From Bradymonadia bacterium (GTDB taxonomy: Bacteria; Myxococcota_A; Bradymonadia; UBA7976; UBA1532), in contig JBKAGE010000043.1 of NCBI GenBank assembly GCA_046290225.1, positions 39,003-103,002 of the forward strand: DNA of 64,000 nt, in the 5' to 3' direction. How positions within the stretch are numbered: the stretch's first letter is position 1; every line of letters starts with the position of its first letter. The notes beneath the pieces are model-generated. The model had not been told where the DNA came from. It saw only the letters and a program-made list of their open reading frames with translations, and searched no databases. Of this stretch, positions 19,482 to 29,100 are shown piece after piece. Position numbers and translations under genes: made by a program.

Positions 19482-21389
19482 ATGAAGCGGTGGTTGACCA
19501 CCGCCGCATTGTGGCTCGCCCTCACCGGGGTGGCACACGCCATCTCAGTTGACAACGTCATCAGCATGCACCAGTCGGGGCTGCCCCCCGACGTGATCAT
19601 GCAGACGCTGAAGAGCACCAACTCCAGCTTCAACCTCACCACCGACGATCTCGCCAAGCTCGAGAAGGCCGGTGTGCCCAAGCAGGTCATCGAAGCGATG
19701 ATGACTGCCGGTGGCAGCGGTGACGTGGCGCCGGCTCCCGAGCCTGCCCCCGAGCCCGAGGTCGATCCGCTCGAGAAGATGCGTCAGGAAGAAGAAGACG
19801 CCAAGGCCAAGACTGAGGAGCAGCTCCGCCTCGAGGCCGCGCGCCAGCGCGCCGAGGAAGAGGAGAAGCGCCGCATCGAGGCCGAGCGCAAGCGTCGGAT
19901 CTCCCTGGCACTCGGCGCCGCCAAGGAAGCCTTTGAAGACGGCAACTACCGTAAGGCCGCCCAGCTCTACGACGAGTTCCTCCAGTCCCAGGAAGATCCG
20001 GCGAAGCCCAGCGCTCGCCAGGCTGCTCTGGGTCTCGCCGACTCGCTGTTCCGCCTGGGCCTCTACGGCAACGCCGCGGAGATCTACCAGACCCTGCTCG
20101 GCTATGGCCCGGAGACCGACGTCTTCGAGCCCGCCTTCATGGGGCTGCGCAAGGCCACCAAAGAGATCTCCTACAACCCTGTGACCCTCGAGTCGCTCAC
20201 CGCCCACTTCGTCGGCGGCTTCGACCAGAAGTTCCAGGACGCCTACAACTACTTCCTGGGCAAGTTCTTCTTCGACTACAACCGGTACGAAGAGGCACGC
20301 ACCTACCTGCCCGAGGTCTCCGAGGGCTCAGAAGACTACGCTGGTGCTCAGTACCTGCAGGGTCTGATGATCGTCATGGAGGCCGACGAAGAGGCCGTCG
20401 AAGAGGACAAGTACAAGACCCTCATCGGCGCCTCGGGCAACTTCGAGGGTGCCGCCCGAGCCGGCCTCGCCCGAGGCGACGAGCGCATCGCGCATCTGTC
20501 GTACCTCGCTCTGGGTCGGATCGCCTACACCATCGGCATCAACGACGTGGCCATCTACTACTACCGTAAGGTGCCCACGACCTCGACGAACTACGTCGAC
20601 GCCCTCTACGAGTCTGCGTGGTCGTACTTCCTCAAGGGTGACATCAGCCGTGGTATGGGCCTGTTCCACACCCTCGACGGCCCCGACTGGGAGAGCTACT
20701 TCCTCCCCGACACCCACTTGCTCGAGGCGGCGGCGTTCATGAACACCTGCCACTTCGACTACGCCTACGATGCCATCAACCGCATCGAGAAGAAGTACCT
20801 GGCGCTGAGCAAGCCGATCCAGAACTACCTGGCGGAATACGCCGAGCCCGAAGCCCTCTATGAGGCCTTCGTCGAGGGCAAGGTCCGTCGGGGGGTCGAT
20901 CTGCCCCGTCTGGTGCGTCTCGCCGTGATCTCCAACGTCGAGTTCTACGATCGGTACACCACCGTCATCAGCCTCCGCGACGAGGTGGCCGCCATCAAGG
21001 CTGGCTACGGTGACTTCGGTGGCGATCTCGCCGGCCGCCTCCTCGAGACCGTCGAGGGCCAGGCCAAAGAGGGTCGCATCGCGCTGGGCATCAAGATCAA
21101 CCAGCTGCTTCAGGCCCTCGACGGGCAGATGACCGATCTCGAGGTGCAGGCCGCCGAGATCCGCATCGAGATCGACGAGCTCGCCGCGACCGAGCTCGCC
21201 GAAGACATCGAGTCTGACTACCAGGGCACTGAAGACGAGCAAGCCGCCCAAGATGCTGTGGCTGCTGAGCGGGCCGCCTCTGTCTTCATCGGCAACCAGT
21301 ACCTGCGTTGGCCCTTCGAGGGCGAGTACTGGGCCGACGAGGTCAACAGCTACCGCAGCGAACTCAACGACAGGTGTGCCAAGAAATGA
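19482..21389 (+). CDS. gltC: Adventurous gliding motility TPR protein GltC-like, with N-terminal helical extension
   Basis: Signal peptide AHA|IS; TPRs; C-terminal WPFEGEYWADEVNSYR..C characteristic of GltC; follows the barrel gene. Alternative ATG at 19449. Confidence 0.75.
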   Translation: MKRWLTTAALWLALTGVAHAISVDNVISMHQSGLPPDVIMQTLKSTNSSFNLTTDDLAKLEKAGVPKQVIEAMMTAGGSGDVAPAPEPAPEPEVDPLEKMRQEEEDAKAKTEEQLRLEAARQRAEEEEKRRIEAERKRRISLALGAAKEAFEDGNYRKAAQLYDEFLQSQEDPAKPSARQAALGLADSLFRLGLYGNAAEIYQTLLGYGPETDVFEPAFMGLRKATKEISYNPVTLESLTAHFVGGFDQKFQDAYNYFLGKFFFDYNRYEEARTYLPEVSEGSEDYAGAQYLQGLMIVMEADEEAVEEDKYKTLIGASGNFEGAARAGLARGDERIAHLSYLALGRIAYTIGINDVAIYYYRKVPTTSTNYVDALYESAWSYFLKGDISRGMGLFHTLDGPDWESYFLPDTHLLEAAAFMNTCHFDYAYDAINRIEKKYLALSKPIQNYLAEYAEPEALYEAFVEGKVRRGVDLPRLVRLAVISNVEFYDRYTTVISLRDEVAAIKAGYGDFGGDLAGRLLETVEGQAKEGRIALGIKINQLLQALDGQMTDLEVQAAEIRIEIDELAATELAEDIESDYQGTEDEQAAQDAVAAERAASVFIGNQYLRWPFEGEYWADEVNSYRSELNDRCAKK

Positions 21390-24300
21390 AGCGGACCCTC
21401 TCCCACTCGACCCGTAAGTCGGGGCTCTGGTCTGTGATCCAGGGCCTCATCCTCCTCAGCCTGATGGCGACGCCGTCGCTGGCCCAGAAGAAGCCCAAAG
21501 CGGGCGACGCCCTGGAGACCAACGAGAAGGCGGCGAAGAACACCATCAAGCCCGAGGACAACGTCGACTCCTTGCCCGTGGCAGAAGACGAGGCCAAGGC
21601 CAAGCAGATCGCCAAGAAGGAGAAGAAGCTCTCCAAGGTGCGTCAGCGGCAGATCAAGCAGATGCGGGATATTCTGCGTAAGAACCCGCTCTACAAGAAG
21701 AAAGCCGATCTGCTGTTCCGCATCGCCGAGAAAGAGTGGGACGAGGCCAAGTACCGCTACTTCCTGGAACGCCGGAAGTACGAGAAGCAGATGGAGGCCT
21801 TCTTCAACGAGACCCTGAAGAAGCGCCCCGAAGAGCCCGAGCCCGACTACAGCAAGGCCATCGTCGAGTACAAGAAGCTCCTCAAGGAGTTCCCGAACTA
21901 CAAGCGCCTCGACGAGGTCATGTACTACCTCGGCCGCGGCCTGCTCACCGCAGGGAAGAAGAAGGAAGGCGCCAGCTACATGCTGCGTCTCACCAAGGAC
22001 TTCCCCAACAGCAAGTTCGTGACCCCCGCCTACCTGCAGGTGGCGGAGTACTACTTCGACAACGACCTGCTCTTCGCTGCCAAGACCAACTACCTGAAGG
22101 TGGCCGAGAACAAGAAGGCCAGCGAGTACCCCTACGCCCTCTACAAGCTGGGCTACGTGTACTTCAACCTCAAGGAGTTCCGGGAGTCCATCAACGCCTT
22201 CAAGGGGGTGGTGAAGCTCTCCACCGGCAAGGACAAGCGCAAGATCTACTTCACCAACCAGGCCTTCGACGGCTTGTGCATGAACTACGCCGAGGTGGAC
22301 GAGGGCTGGAAGGAAGCCCGGGACTACTTCAAGGGCATCGGTGACAAGCAGCTCGTGACCGAGCGCCTCGAGAAGATCGCTCGCCTGTACAACAAGCAGG
22401 ACAAGATCTCCGACGAGATCGCCGTCTACGAGTACCTCATCGGGTCGGAGAAGCAGGGCAAGAAGGTGCCGGAGTACGCCGAGTACATCACCGCCGCCTT
22501 CAAGAAGCTCGAGAACATCGACGACATCGACAAGACCATCAACCGGTTCCTGGGCACCTTCGATCCCAAGTCGAGCTGGTACGTCACCAACAAAGAGAAC
22601 GACGAGGCCATGACCCGGGCCAACCAGTACCGCGAGGGCGAGCTGGTCTGGATCACCGACTGGTATCACACCAAGGCCCAGGAGAACGAAGAGAAGCTCA
22701 AGAACCCCGAACTCGCGGACAAGTACTACCGCAAGGCCACGGGGTACTACGAGAAGTACCTCAACGAGTTCCCCGACGCGAAGGATGTGTACGAGCGCGA
22801 GTTCTTCCTCGCCGAGATCTACTTCTACCAGACCAACGACTGGGACAAGGCCATCGACCACTACACCAAGGTGGTCAAGAAGGATGCCAAGGGGAAGTAC
22901 TCCATCGACGCCGCCTACGCTGTCATCCTCGCCGCCGAGGAGAAGATGGCTGCCGCCGGTTTGATCCCCCCTCCGGGCCACGCCAAGGACGCCAAGGTCT
23001 CCAAGAAGAAGAAGAAGACCCAGGGCGCCGAGATCGAGTACACCAAGCGCGGCAACGACAAAGAGTTCAAGCCGATCCCCAAGACCGAGCTGCACGAGAC
23101 CGAGACGGCCTTCGTGAAGGCGTGCGAGAACTACGTCGACACCTATCCCAAGGATAAAGAGGTGCCGGCCGTCTCGTTCCGCGCTGCGGAGATCTACATC
23201 AAGAAGGGGCACTACTCCGAGGGCGTCAAGCGCCTCGAAGTCATCATGGAGTACCACCCCAAGCACCGCTTCGCCGGCTTCGCCGCCGCCACGCTCTTCG
23301 ACTCCAACTACCGCCTGCGTCGTTGGGACCAGATGGAGCGCTGGGCCCGGTACATGCTCGACCGCAAGAACTACAAGGTGCTCAAGAAGAAGCAGCTGCT
23401 CGACGTCATCGCCGTGTCGATCAACGAGTACGCTCAGCAGCTTTCGAAGGAAGGCCAGAAGGACAAGGCCGTCACCGAGATGCTCCGCTTCGTCAACGAG
23501 TTCCCCAAGCACGAGAAGGCCGCCATCGCCCTCTTCAACGCCGCAGCGCTCACCGAGCAGGCCGAGAAGACCGAGCAGGCCGTGGGCCTCTACGAGCGTC
23601 TGATCAAGAAGTACCCCAAGACCACCCAGTCCACCGAGGCCCACTTCGTGCTCGGCGCCCTCTACGAGAGCCAGACCGAGTTCAAGAAGGCCGCGGAGTA
23701 CTTCGAGAAGATGGCCTCGTTCCCCATCGACGGCGACGACGAGAACGCCGCCATCGCCAAGGCCAAGATGTCCGACTCGCTCTACAACGCTGGCGCCATC
23801 CGCGCTGCGCTGCAGGAGTACCCCCAGGCGGTGAGCGCCCTGAGCAAGTTCGTCGCCAAGTTCCCCGAGAAGGAAGAGACCCCCGACGTCTACCTCGAGA
23901 TCGCGCGTCTTTACGAAGAGCAGGGTGATCTCAAGAACGCCGAGAAGACCTACAACACCTTCTTGAAGAAGTTCACCAAGAGCCGTGCCGACAAGGTGCC
24001 CGATCTCTACGTGCGCCGGGCCAAGCTGGCTCAGAAGAAGGGTGGCAAGCGCGCCCGCCGCGACACCGGCCGTCTGCTCGACCAGGCCCTCAAGGCCTAC
24101 AAGCGGCTGCCCGACGACGCCAAGACCAAGCCCGAGGTGCGCCACGCCGCTGCTGAAGCCCGCTTCATGCAGGTGGAGTACACCTACGCCGACTTCAACG
24201 GCGTCAAGCTCGAGTTCCCTGTCTCCAAGCTCCGCCGCGCCCTGGTCAAGAAGGGTAAGCTGCTCAACGAGTGCGAGAAGGGCTACCTCGAGGTGCTCGA

Positions 24301-24883
24301 GCTCAGCGACCACCAGGTGAGTGCCGGTGCGGTGTACCGCATCGGTGAGATGTACCAGGAGTTCGCGCAGTCCATGAAGGATCTGCCCGTGCCCGACGGC
24401 CTCAGCGATGATGAGCTGTTCACCTACGAGGCCATGCTCGACGAGACGATCCAGCCTCTGGAAGAGAAGGGCATCGAGGCCGCCCGTCGCGCCTTGAACC
24501 TCGCTCACCAGAACAACGTCTACAACGAGTGGTCCCGGAAGTCCTCGAAGCTGCTGGTGCGGTTGAGCCCCGAGCTCTTCCCCGTGCTCGGCGACAACGT
24601 GAACGACACCACGCACCCCGTGGCAGCGACCTTCTCCACGAGCTTCATCACCGATCCTGCTGGCAAGCTGGAGCAGATGATCGAGAAGAAGGCCCCGGCA
24701 CCGGCCCCCAAGGCCACCCCCGCCGATGGTGCTGCGCCTGCTGATGGTGCCGCCCCCGCTGGCAAAGAGGGTGACAAGAAGGCTGCGCCCACTGCCGAGC
24801 CTGCTGCCGAGAAGGCCCCTGCCAAGACCACTGACAACGGCACCGAGACCAAGGGTCAGGTTGCCGCCAAGGAGGGCAAGTGA
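21386..24883 (+). CDS. gltD: Large periplasmic TPR protein, GltD/AgmU-like
   Basis: ATG overlaps the gltC stop (ATGA); signal peptide; many TPRs; C-terminal ALNLAHQNNVYNEWS region; position before gltE. Confidence 0.7.
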   Translation: MKRTLSHSTRKSGLWSVIQGLILLSLMATPSLAQKKPKAGDALETNEKAAKNTIKPEDNVDSLPVAEDEAKAKQIAKKEKKLSKVRQRQIKQMRDILRKNPLYKKKADLLFRIAEKEWDEAKYRYFLERRKYEKQMEAFFNETLKKRPEEPEPDYSKAIVEYKKLLKEFPNYKRLDEVMYYLGRGLLTAGKKKEGASYMLRLTKDFPNSKFVTPAYLQVAEYYFDNDLLFAAKTNYLKVAENKKASEYPYALYKLGYVYFNLKEFRESINAFKGVVKLSTGKDKRKIYFTNQAFDGLCMNYAEVDEGWKEARDYFKGIGDKQLVTERLEKIARLYNKQDKISDEIAVYEYLIGSEKQGKKVPEYAEYITAAFKKLENIDDIDKTINRFLGTFDPKSSWYVTNKENDEAMTRANQYREGELVWITDWYHTKAQENEEKLKNPELADKYYRKATGYYEKYLNEFPDAKDVYEREFFLAEIYFYQTNDWDKAIDHYTKVVKKDAKGKYSIDAAYAVILAAEEKMAAAGLIPPPGHAKDAKVSKKKKKTQGAEIEYTKRGNDKEFKPIPKTELHETETAFVKACENYVDTYPKDKEVPAVSFRAAEIYIKKGHYSEGVKRLEVIMEYHPKHRFAGFAAATLFDSNYRLRRWDQMERWARYMLDRKNYKVLKKKQLLDVIAVSINEYAQQLSKEGQKDKAVTEMLRFVNEFPKHEKAAIALFNAAALTEQAEKTEQAVGLYERLIKKYPKTTQSTEAHFVLGALYESQTEFKKAAEYFEKMASFPIDGDDENAAIAKAKMSDSLYNAGAIRAALQEYPQAVSALSKFVAKFPEKEETPDVYLEIARLYEEQGDLKNAEKTYNTFLKKFTKSRADKVPDLYVRRAKLAQKKGGKRARRDTGRLLDQALKAYKRLPDDAKTKPEVRHAAAEARFMQVEYTYADFNGVKLEFPVSKLRRALVKKGKLLNECEKGYLEVLELSDHQVSAGAVYRIGEMYQEFAQSMKDLPVPDGLSDDELFTYEAMLDETIQPLEEKGIEAARRALNLAHQNNVYNEWSRKSSKLLVRLSPELFPVLGDNVNDTTHPVAATFSTSFITDPAGKLEQMIEKKAPAPAPKATPADGAAPADGAAPAGKEGDKKAAPTAEPAAEKAPAKTTDNGTETKGQVAAKEGK

Positions 24884-26259
24884 TGATCATCCGTACCTTC
24901 AAGTATGCGGTCCTCCTCGGCGTCGGTACCGCAGCGCTCTCCGCGTGTGGCGGCGGTGGCAATGGCAAGATCAAGAAAGATCCTGTCAAGCAGGTGGTGA
25001 AGCCCAAGGTTGAAAAGGTCGACGGCATCAAGAAAGAAGCCGTCAACGCCTTCAACGAAGGTGTCGAGGCCCTCAAGAAGAGCCCTGCAGACTTCAACAC
25101 CGCGGCCACAGCCTTCGAAAAGGCCACCAGCATCGAGGCCAAGTACCTCGTCGCCTGGGCCAACCTCGGCTTCAGCTACGAAAAGCTCGGGCGCTACGCC
25201 GACGCCGCCAAGGCGTACCGCAAGGTGCTCGACAACAAGGTCATCGACCGGGGCATGACCCTCGCCCTGGGCCGGGCGCTGCTGCTCTCCGGCGATGCTG
25301 ACCTGGCCATCACCGAGTTCGAGTCCGTGTTGCGCAAGCACCCCGACGATCTCGAGGCCCGGAACAACCTCGCCGCCGCCTACCGGTACAAGAGCGACAC
25401 CGACACCTCGCTGCGCTACGTGAAAGAGGTCCTCGCTGTTCAGCCCAAGAACGTGCCGGCCATCATCAACCTGGGCCTCATCTACCTGGAGCAGTCCAAG
25501 CTGCCCCTGGCCCAGCTGATGTTCACCAAGGCGCTGAGCTACGAAAAAGAGAACCCCAAGGCCATGAACAACCTGGGGCTCACGCTGTACCGCAAGGGGG
25601 ACATCCCCGGTGCCGTGATTCAGTTCCGCAAGGCCCTGATGATCGACCCCACCATGGACGAGGCCCGTCTCAACCTGGCGAGCATCTACCTGGACTACCT
25701 GCACTACGAGAACGCACTGCAGGAGTTCGAGGCGGTCCGCGCCCGGTTCCCCAAGCACTACGCCGCCACGGTGGGTGCCGCGAACTCGTTCTACGGTACC
25801 CAGAAGTTCGAAGAGGCCGCCAAGCTCTACGAGTCCAGCCTCGAGACCCGTAAGGACAACAGCGAGGTGCACCTGCGCCTGGGCAAGATCTACGAAGAGC
25901 AGCTCAACAACCAGGCCAAGGCGCTCACGGCCTTCAAGGCCTACGTCGAGATCGCCAAGCCCCCGCAGGACAACCCCATTCACTCCACCATCAAGTTCCT
26001 CGAGCAGGAGGTGAAGAGTGGTGGCAGCAAGCTGAAGGCCATGGACGACGGGACGAGCGCCGAGGGCGCTGCTGCTGACGGCGCTGCTGCTGACGGCGCT
26101 GCTGCTGATGGCGCTGCTGCCGATGGTGCAGCTGCTCCTCAGGGAGATACGCCTGAAGCTGCCCCTGAGGCGCCCAAGGCTGACGAAGCACCCAAGGCTG
26201 ACGAGGCCCCTAAAGCCGATGAGGCCCCCAAGGCTGACGCTGCCAAGGGTGAGGGCTGA
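24883..26259 (+). CDS. gltE: TPR lipoprotein, GltE/AglT-like
   Basis: Lipobox LSAC; TPRs with NLG motifs and ARLNLASIYLDYLHYENA; low-complexity Ala/Asp tail; lies between gltD-like and gltF-like genes. Confidence 0.7.
   Translation: MIIRTFKYAVLLGVGTAALSACGGGGNGKIKKDPVKQVVKPKVEKVDGIKKEAVNAFNEGVEALKKSPADFNTAATAFEKATSIEAKYLVAWANLGFSYEKLGRYADAAKAYRKVLDNKVIDRGMTLALGRALLLSGDADLAITEFESVLRKHPDDLEARNNLAAAYRYKSDTDTSLRYVKEVLAVQPKNVPAIINLGLIYLEQSKLPLAQLMFTKALSYEKENPKAMNNLGLTLYRKGDIPGAVIQFRKALMIDPTMDEARLNLASIYLDYLHYENALQEFEAVRARFPKHYAATVGAANSFYGTQKFEEAAKLYESSLETRKDNSEVHLRLGKIYEEQLNNQAKALTAFKAYVEIAKPPQDNPIHSTIKFLEQEVKSGGSKLKAMDDGTSAEGAAADGAAADGAAADGAAADGAAAPQGDTPEAAPEAPKADEAPKADEAPKADEAPKADAAKGEG
26065..26245 (+). 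repeat. In-frame tandem repeats in the GltE tail: (GAAAD)x4, 15-nt units, and (PKADEA)x3-4, 18-nt units
   Basis: ggcgctgctgctgac units and cccaaggctgacga units read directly. Confidence 0.8.
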
Positions 26260-26431
26260 GTCCAGCCCCCCTCCAGCCCTTCATCTACAACAGGCACTCT
26301 CAGCGCCTGCTTCCCCCCTCCAGAGTTGTTGTCCCACCTGAATGTGCAGTGAGATGCACTGGTTTCACGACAGGTGCGCTGGAACCATCATCCTCAGACC
26401 GTAACTTCAACGTACGTCGAGAGGAGCCCTC

Positions 26432-26689
26432 ATGAAGAAGGTATGGATCTTGGGACTGCTCACATTGATGGCTATGCCTGTCTCTGCTGTGGCTCAGATT
26501 GACAGTCAAGCTGACGAGAAGGTTCAGTTCTTCCAGTTTGAGAAACAAGACATTGAGGGCGAGAACAACAAGCCGGTGGTCGTATGTACCACCGTCAGGC
26601 AGAAGGCTAAGTTTGCGCGTCTGCTTCACTTGAAGAAGGACTTCCTTTCCCAAGTGAAGGCGACTGGCAGCGACCTCAGCTTGCGCTGA
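26432..26689 (+). CDS. Small secreted GltF/CglF-like protein, divergent copy 1
   Basis: GAGGAG RBS; signal peptide; FQFEKQDIEG..KP...RQKAKFARLLHLKKDFL; colinear with the next gene. Confidence 0.7.
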   Translation: MKKVWILGLLTLMAMPVSAVAQIDSQADEKVQFFQFEKQDIEGENNKPVVVCTTVRQKAKFARLLHLKKDFLSQVKATGSDLSLR

Positions 26690-26741
26690 GCAATGAGATG
26701 TGCTCCTAATCGAGCATTCGGATTCAGTCGAGGTGAACCCC

Positions 26742-26999
26742 ATGAAGAAGATCGTCCTCAGCCTGCTCCTCGCCGCCTTTGTGGCGCCCTCCGTGGCTTC
26801 TGCTCAGGAAGGTGAAGGCGGCGATGTGAAGACCAAGTTCTACAACTTCGATGACCTGCTCATCGATGGTCAGTTCAAGAAGCCCCCGGTGCTGTACACC
26901 GACGCCCGCCAGAAGGTGAAGTTCGAGAAGCTCCTGAGCTTGAAGAAGAACTTCCTGCCCTCGCTCAAGGCCACCGCCAAGGACAACAGCCTGCGCTGA
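26742..26999 (+). CDS. gltF: Small secreted GltF/CglF-like protein, copy 2
   Basis: GAGG RBS, ATG 26742; signal peptide ASA|QE; FYNFDDLLIDGQFKKP...KFEKLLSLKKNFLP resembles the GltF pattern DF....(I/V)EG...KP....F..L...R.NF.P. Confidence 0.72.
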   Translation: MKKIVLSLLLAAFVAPSVASAQEGEGGDVKTKFYNFDDLLIDGQFKKPPVLYTDARQKVKFEKLLSLKKNFLPSLKATAKDNSLR

Positions 27000-27105
27000 G
27001 GTCCTCTTGGTACCCGGGCCGCACTTCGAAAACGCGCCCCTCGCAGATCAAATCCCGGACACTTTCGTTCTGAGAAGGCGTAGTCTTTCCGGGGATGAGC
27101 TGCGG

Positions 27106-27134
27106 TTGCGCCCCCCAGATCGGGGTCATATAAT
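27106..27134 (+). promoter_or_regulatory. Sigma70-type promoter upstream of the gltJ-like gene
   Basis: TTGCGC-N17-TATAAT, with a perfect -10 box in GC-rich DNA. Confidence 0.6.
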
Positions 27135-27179
27135 CACCGCCAGCCTCCCCCCTGCCAGCTGTCCGGGAGAACCGTCCAT

Positions 27180-29000
27180 ATGAGAATCGTCTGCGACAAC
27201 TGCGGCGCGAAGTACCAGATCAGCGACGAGAAGATCCGCAACAAGGTCTTCAAGATCAGGTGCAAGAAGTGCTCACACGTCATCGTGGTCAACGGTAAGG
27301 CCCAGCCTGCCGAGGCTGCGGCGCCCGAGCCGGCCGCTGCACCAGCCCCGGCGCAAGAGGCTGCAGCGTCGGCACAAGAGGCGGCGCCGGCTGCCGCTGC
27401 GGCGGGTGCTGCGACGTGGTACGTGGTGGTGAACCGCGAGCAGGTGGGGCCGCTCACCGAAGATGGGGTGCAAGCCCGCATCGACAGCGGTGACGTCAGC
27501 GCTGATACCTTCGGGTGGCGCGAGGGCATGGGGGACTGGACGCGGCTCGGGAGCATCCCTGAGTTCGCTGGCTTCTTCAGCGCCGCGCCGGCGGCGTCGC
27601 CCTTCAGTGGCGGCAGCGCCCCTGCTGAAGACGATGTCATGGCCTCTGACAATGTCGACGAGGGCGCGGCTCAGTCGCCTGCTGCGACGGCACTGCAGCC
27701 CACCCAGGCACTGCCTCCTGCAGAGGAGGAAGAGCCGAACAACCCGCGCCTCGAAGGCTCCCTACGATCCCAACGCAACGAAAACTCGGTGCTCTTCAGC
27801 CTCGACATGCTGCAGGAGGGCGCCTCCAAGAGCGCGCCCAAACCCGCAGCTGCTGCTGCCGCTGCAGCCCCCGCTCCCGTGAGCATGGGCTCCACCACGG
27901 CGAGCTCTGGCGCCTCGGGCCTCATCGACATCTCGGCGATGATGGGGGGCTCACCTCAGCCCGCCGCAGCTGCTGCCGGTGGGGTGGCGGCCTCAGCCAC
28001 GCCGGCCCCCAGCTTCAACGAGCCTCCGGGTGCCGTCGCGCCGCTGGTGACTCAGCCTCGCTCCAGTGGGAGTAAGTGGGTGGCCATCGCCGCCGTTGCT
28101 TTGTTGCTGCTTGGTGGTGGCGGGTTCGCACTGTGGAAGTTCGTGCTCGACGACAGCGGCAAGACCTCGGGCAACACCGGCGGGACCGCAGTGGCTGCCA
28201 ACAACAACGAGCCCGTAAAGGCCAAGGTGGCCGGTGGGGCCGTGCCTGGTGAGCAGCCAAAGCCAGCGACCCCCGCTGCAGAGCCACCGAAGGCCGAGCC
28301 GCCCAAGCCAGTTGCAGCAGCGGCTACACCTGCAGCCACCGAGGCGGCCAAGCCCGCTGCTGAAAACCCAGAAGGGGAGAAGCCCGTCGAGGCCGCCAAA
28401 CCCCCAGTCGAGGTGGCCAAGAACGGGACGAAGCCTCCCCCCAAGCGCAGTCGCCCACGTCGACGCACCCGCTCCAACACCTCGAAGGTCGAGAGCCCCA
28501 AGACGCAGGCCGAAGATGCACCGCAGCCAGTCGCCGCTGCGCCCAAGCCGCCCAAGCCCCCGGCCCCTGCTCGAAGGACCAAGAAGAAGAACACCAACAC
28601 CGACGAGATCGACGATCTGCTCGGTGGTCTCGATGGCAACAAGAGCAACGCCCGCACAGCATCCCGGCCTGCTGCGGCACCCAAGCGTGCTGCGCCTCCG
28701 CCGCCTGCTGCAGATCCGCTGCTCCCGAAGACGCTGTCGCGCAACGACATCCTCGGCGTGGTGCGGAAGAACGCCAGCCGGGTGAAGGGCTGCAGCGCCC
28801 GTCAGCCCGGTGCCTCTGGTGTGATCAAGGTGGCCTTGCGCATCGGTCGGAACGGTCGAGTCAGCTCTGCCTCCGTCAAAGACGGCAGCAAGTTCAAGAA
28901 CTCTCCCGTGGGCGACTGCGTCGAGAGGCTGACCAAAGCCTTCCAATTCCCAGCCTTTAGCGGTGATCCGATGAAGGTCACCTTGCCCTTTGCGCTCTGA
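27180..29000 (+). CDS. gltJ: GltJ/AgmX-like protein: MJ0042 zinc ribbon, GYF_2 (DUF4339), single TM helix, Pro-rich linker, TonB-C-like C-terminus
   Basis: MRIVCDNCGAKYQISDEKI..KVFKIRCKKC; WYVVVNREQVGP...WREGMGDW; RNENSVLFSL; TM helix; C-terminal domain with two Cys and FPAFSG. Confidence 0.75.
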   Translation: MRIVCDNCGAKYQISDEKIRNKVFKIRCKKCSHVIVVNGKAQPAEAAAPEPAAAPAPAQEAAASAQEAAPAAAAAGAATWYVVVNREQVGPLTEDGVQARIDSGDVSADTFGWREGMGDWTRLGSIPEFAGFFSAAPAASPFSGGSAPAEDDVMASDNVDEGAAQSPAATALQPTQALPPAEEEEPNNPRLEGSLRSQRNENSVLFSLDMLQEGASKSAPKPAAAAAAAAPAPVSMGSTTASSGASGLIDISAMMGGSPQPAAAAAGGVAASATPAPSFNEPPGAVAPLVTQPRSSGSKWVAIAAVALLLLGGGGFALWKFVLDDSGKTSGNTGGTAVAANNNEPVKAKVAGGAVPGEQPKPATPAAEPPKAEPPKPVAAAATPAATEAAKPAAENPEGEKPVEAAKPPVEVAKNGTKPPPKRSRPRRRTRSNTSKVESPKTQAEDAPQPVAAAPKPPKPPAPARRTKKKNTNTDEIDDLLGGLDGNKSNARTASRPAAAPKRAAPPPPAADPLLPKTLSRNDILGVVRKNASRVKGCSARQPGASGVIKVALRIGRNGRVSSASVKDGSKFKNSPVGDCVERLTKAFQFPAFSGDPMKVTLPFAL

Positions 29001-29014
29001 GATTCATCGTAGAC

Positions 29015-29043
29015 TTGATCACTGTGAGATCGGCGACTAGAGT
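29015..29043 (+). promoter_or_regulatory. Sigma70-type promoter of tRNA-Leu
   Basis: TTGATC-N17-TAGAGT, 57 nt upstream of the tRNA. Confidence 0.55.
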
Positions 29044-29100
29044 CTCGCCGCACAGCTCAGAAGGGTGTTGCCGAATCGAGCAACATTCTTCACCGAGCAC

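Noticed and set aside
21350..24616. 1088-aa minus-strand ORF, and similar long antisense ORFs (e.g. 7408-8973, 17163-18719, 30206-32077, 51805-53085, 59939-62596)
   Set aside because: Antisense shadows of strongly codon-biased real genes in GC-rich DNA; they show no motifs of their own and overlap well-supported CDSs.
26065..26245. Phase-variable repeat tract in gltE
   Set aside because: Units are 15 and 18 nt, in frame and synonymously diverged; consistent with a disordered tail rather than a frameshifting switch.
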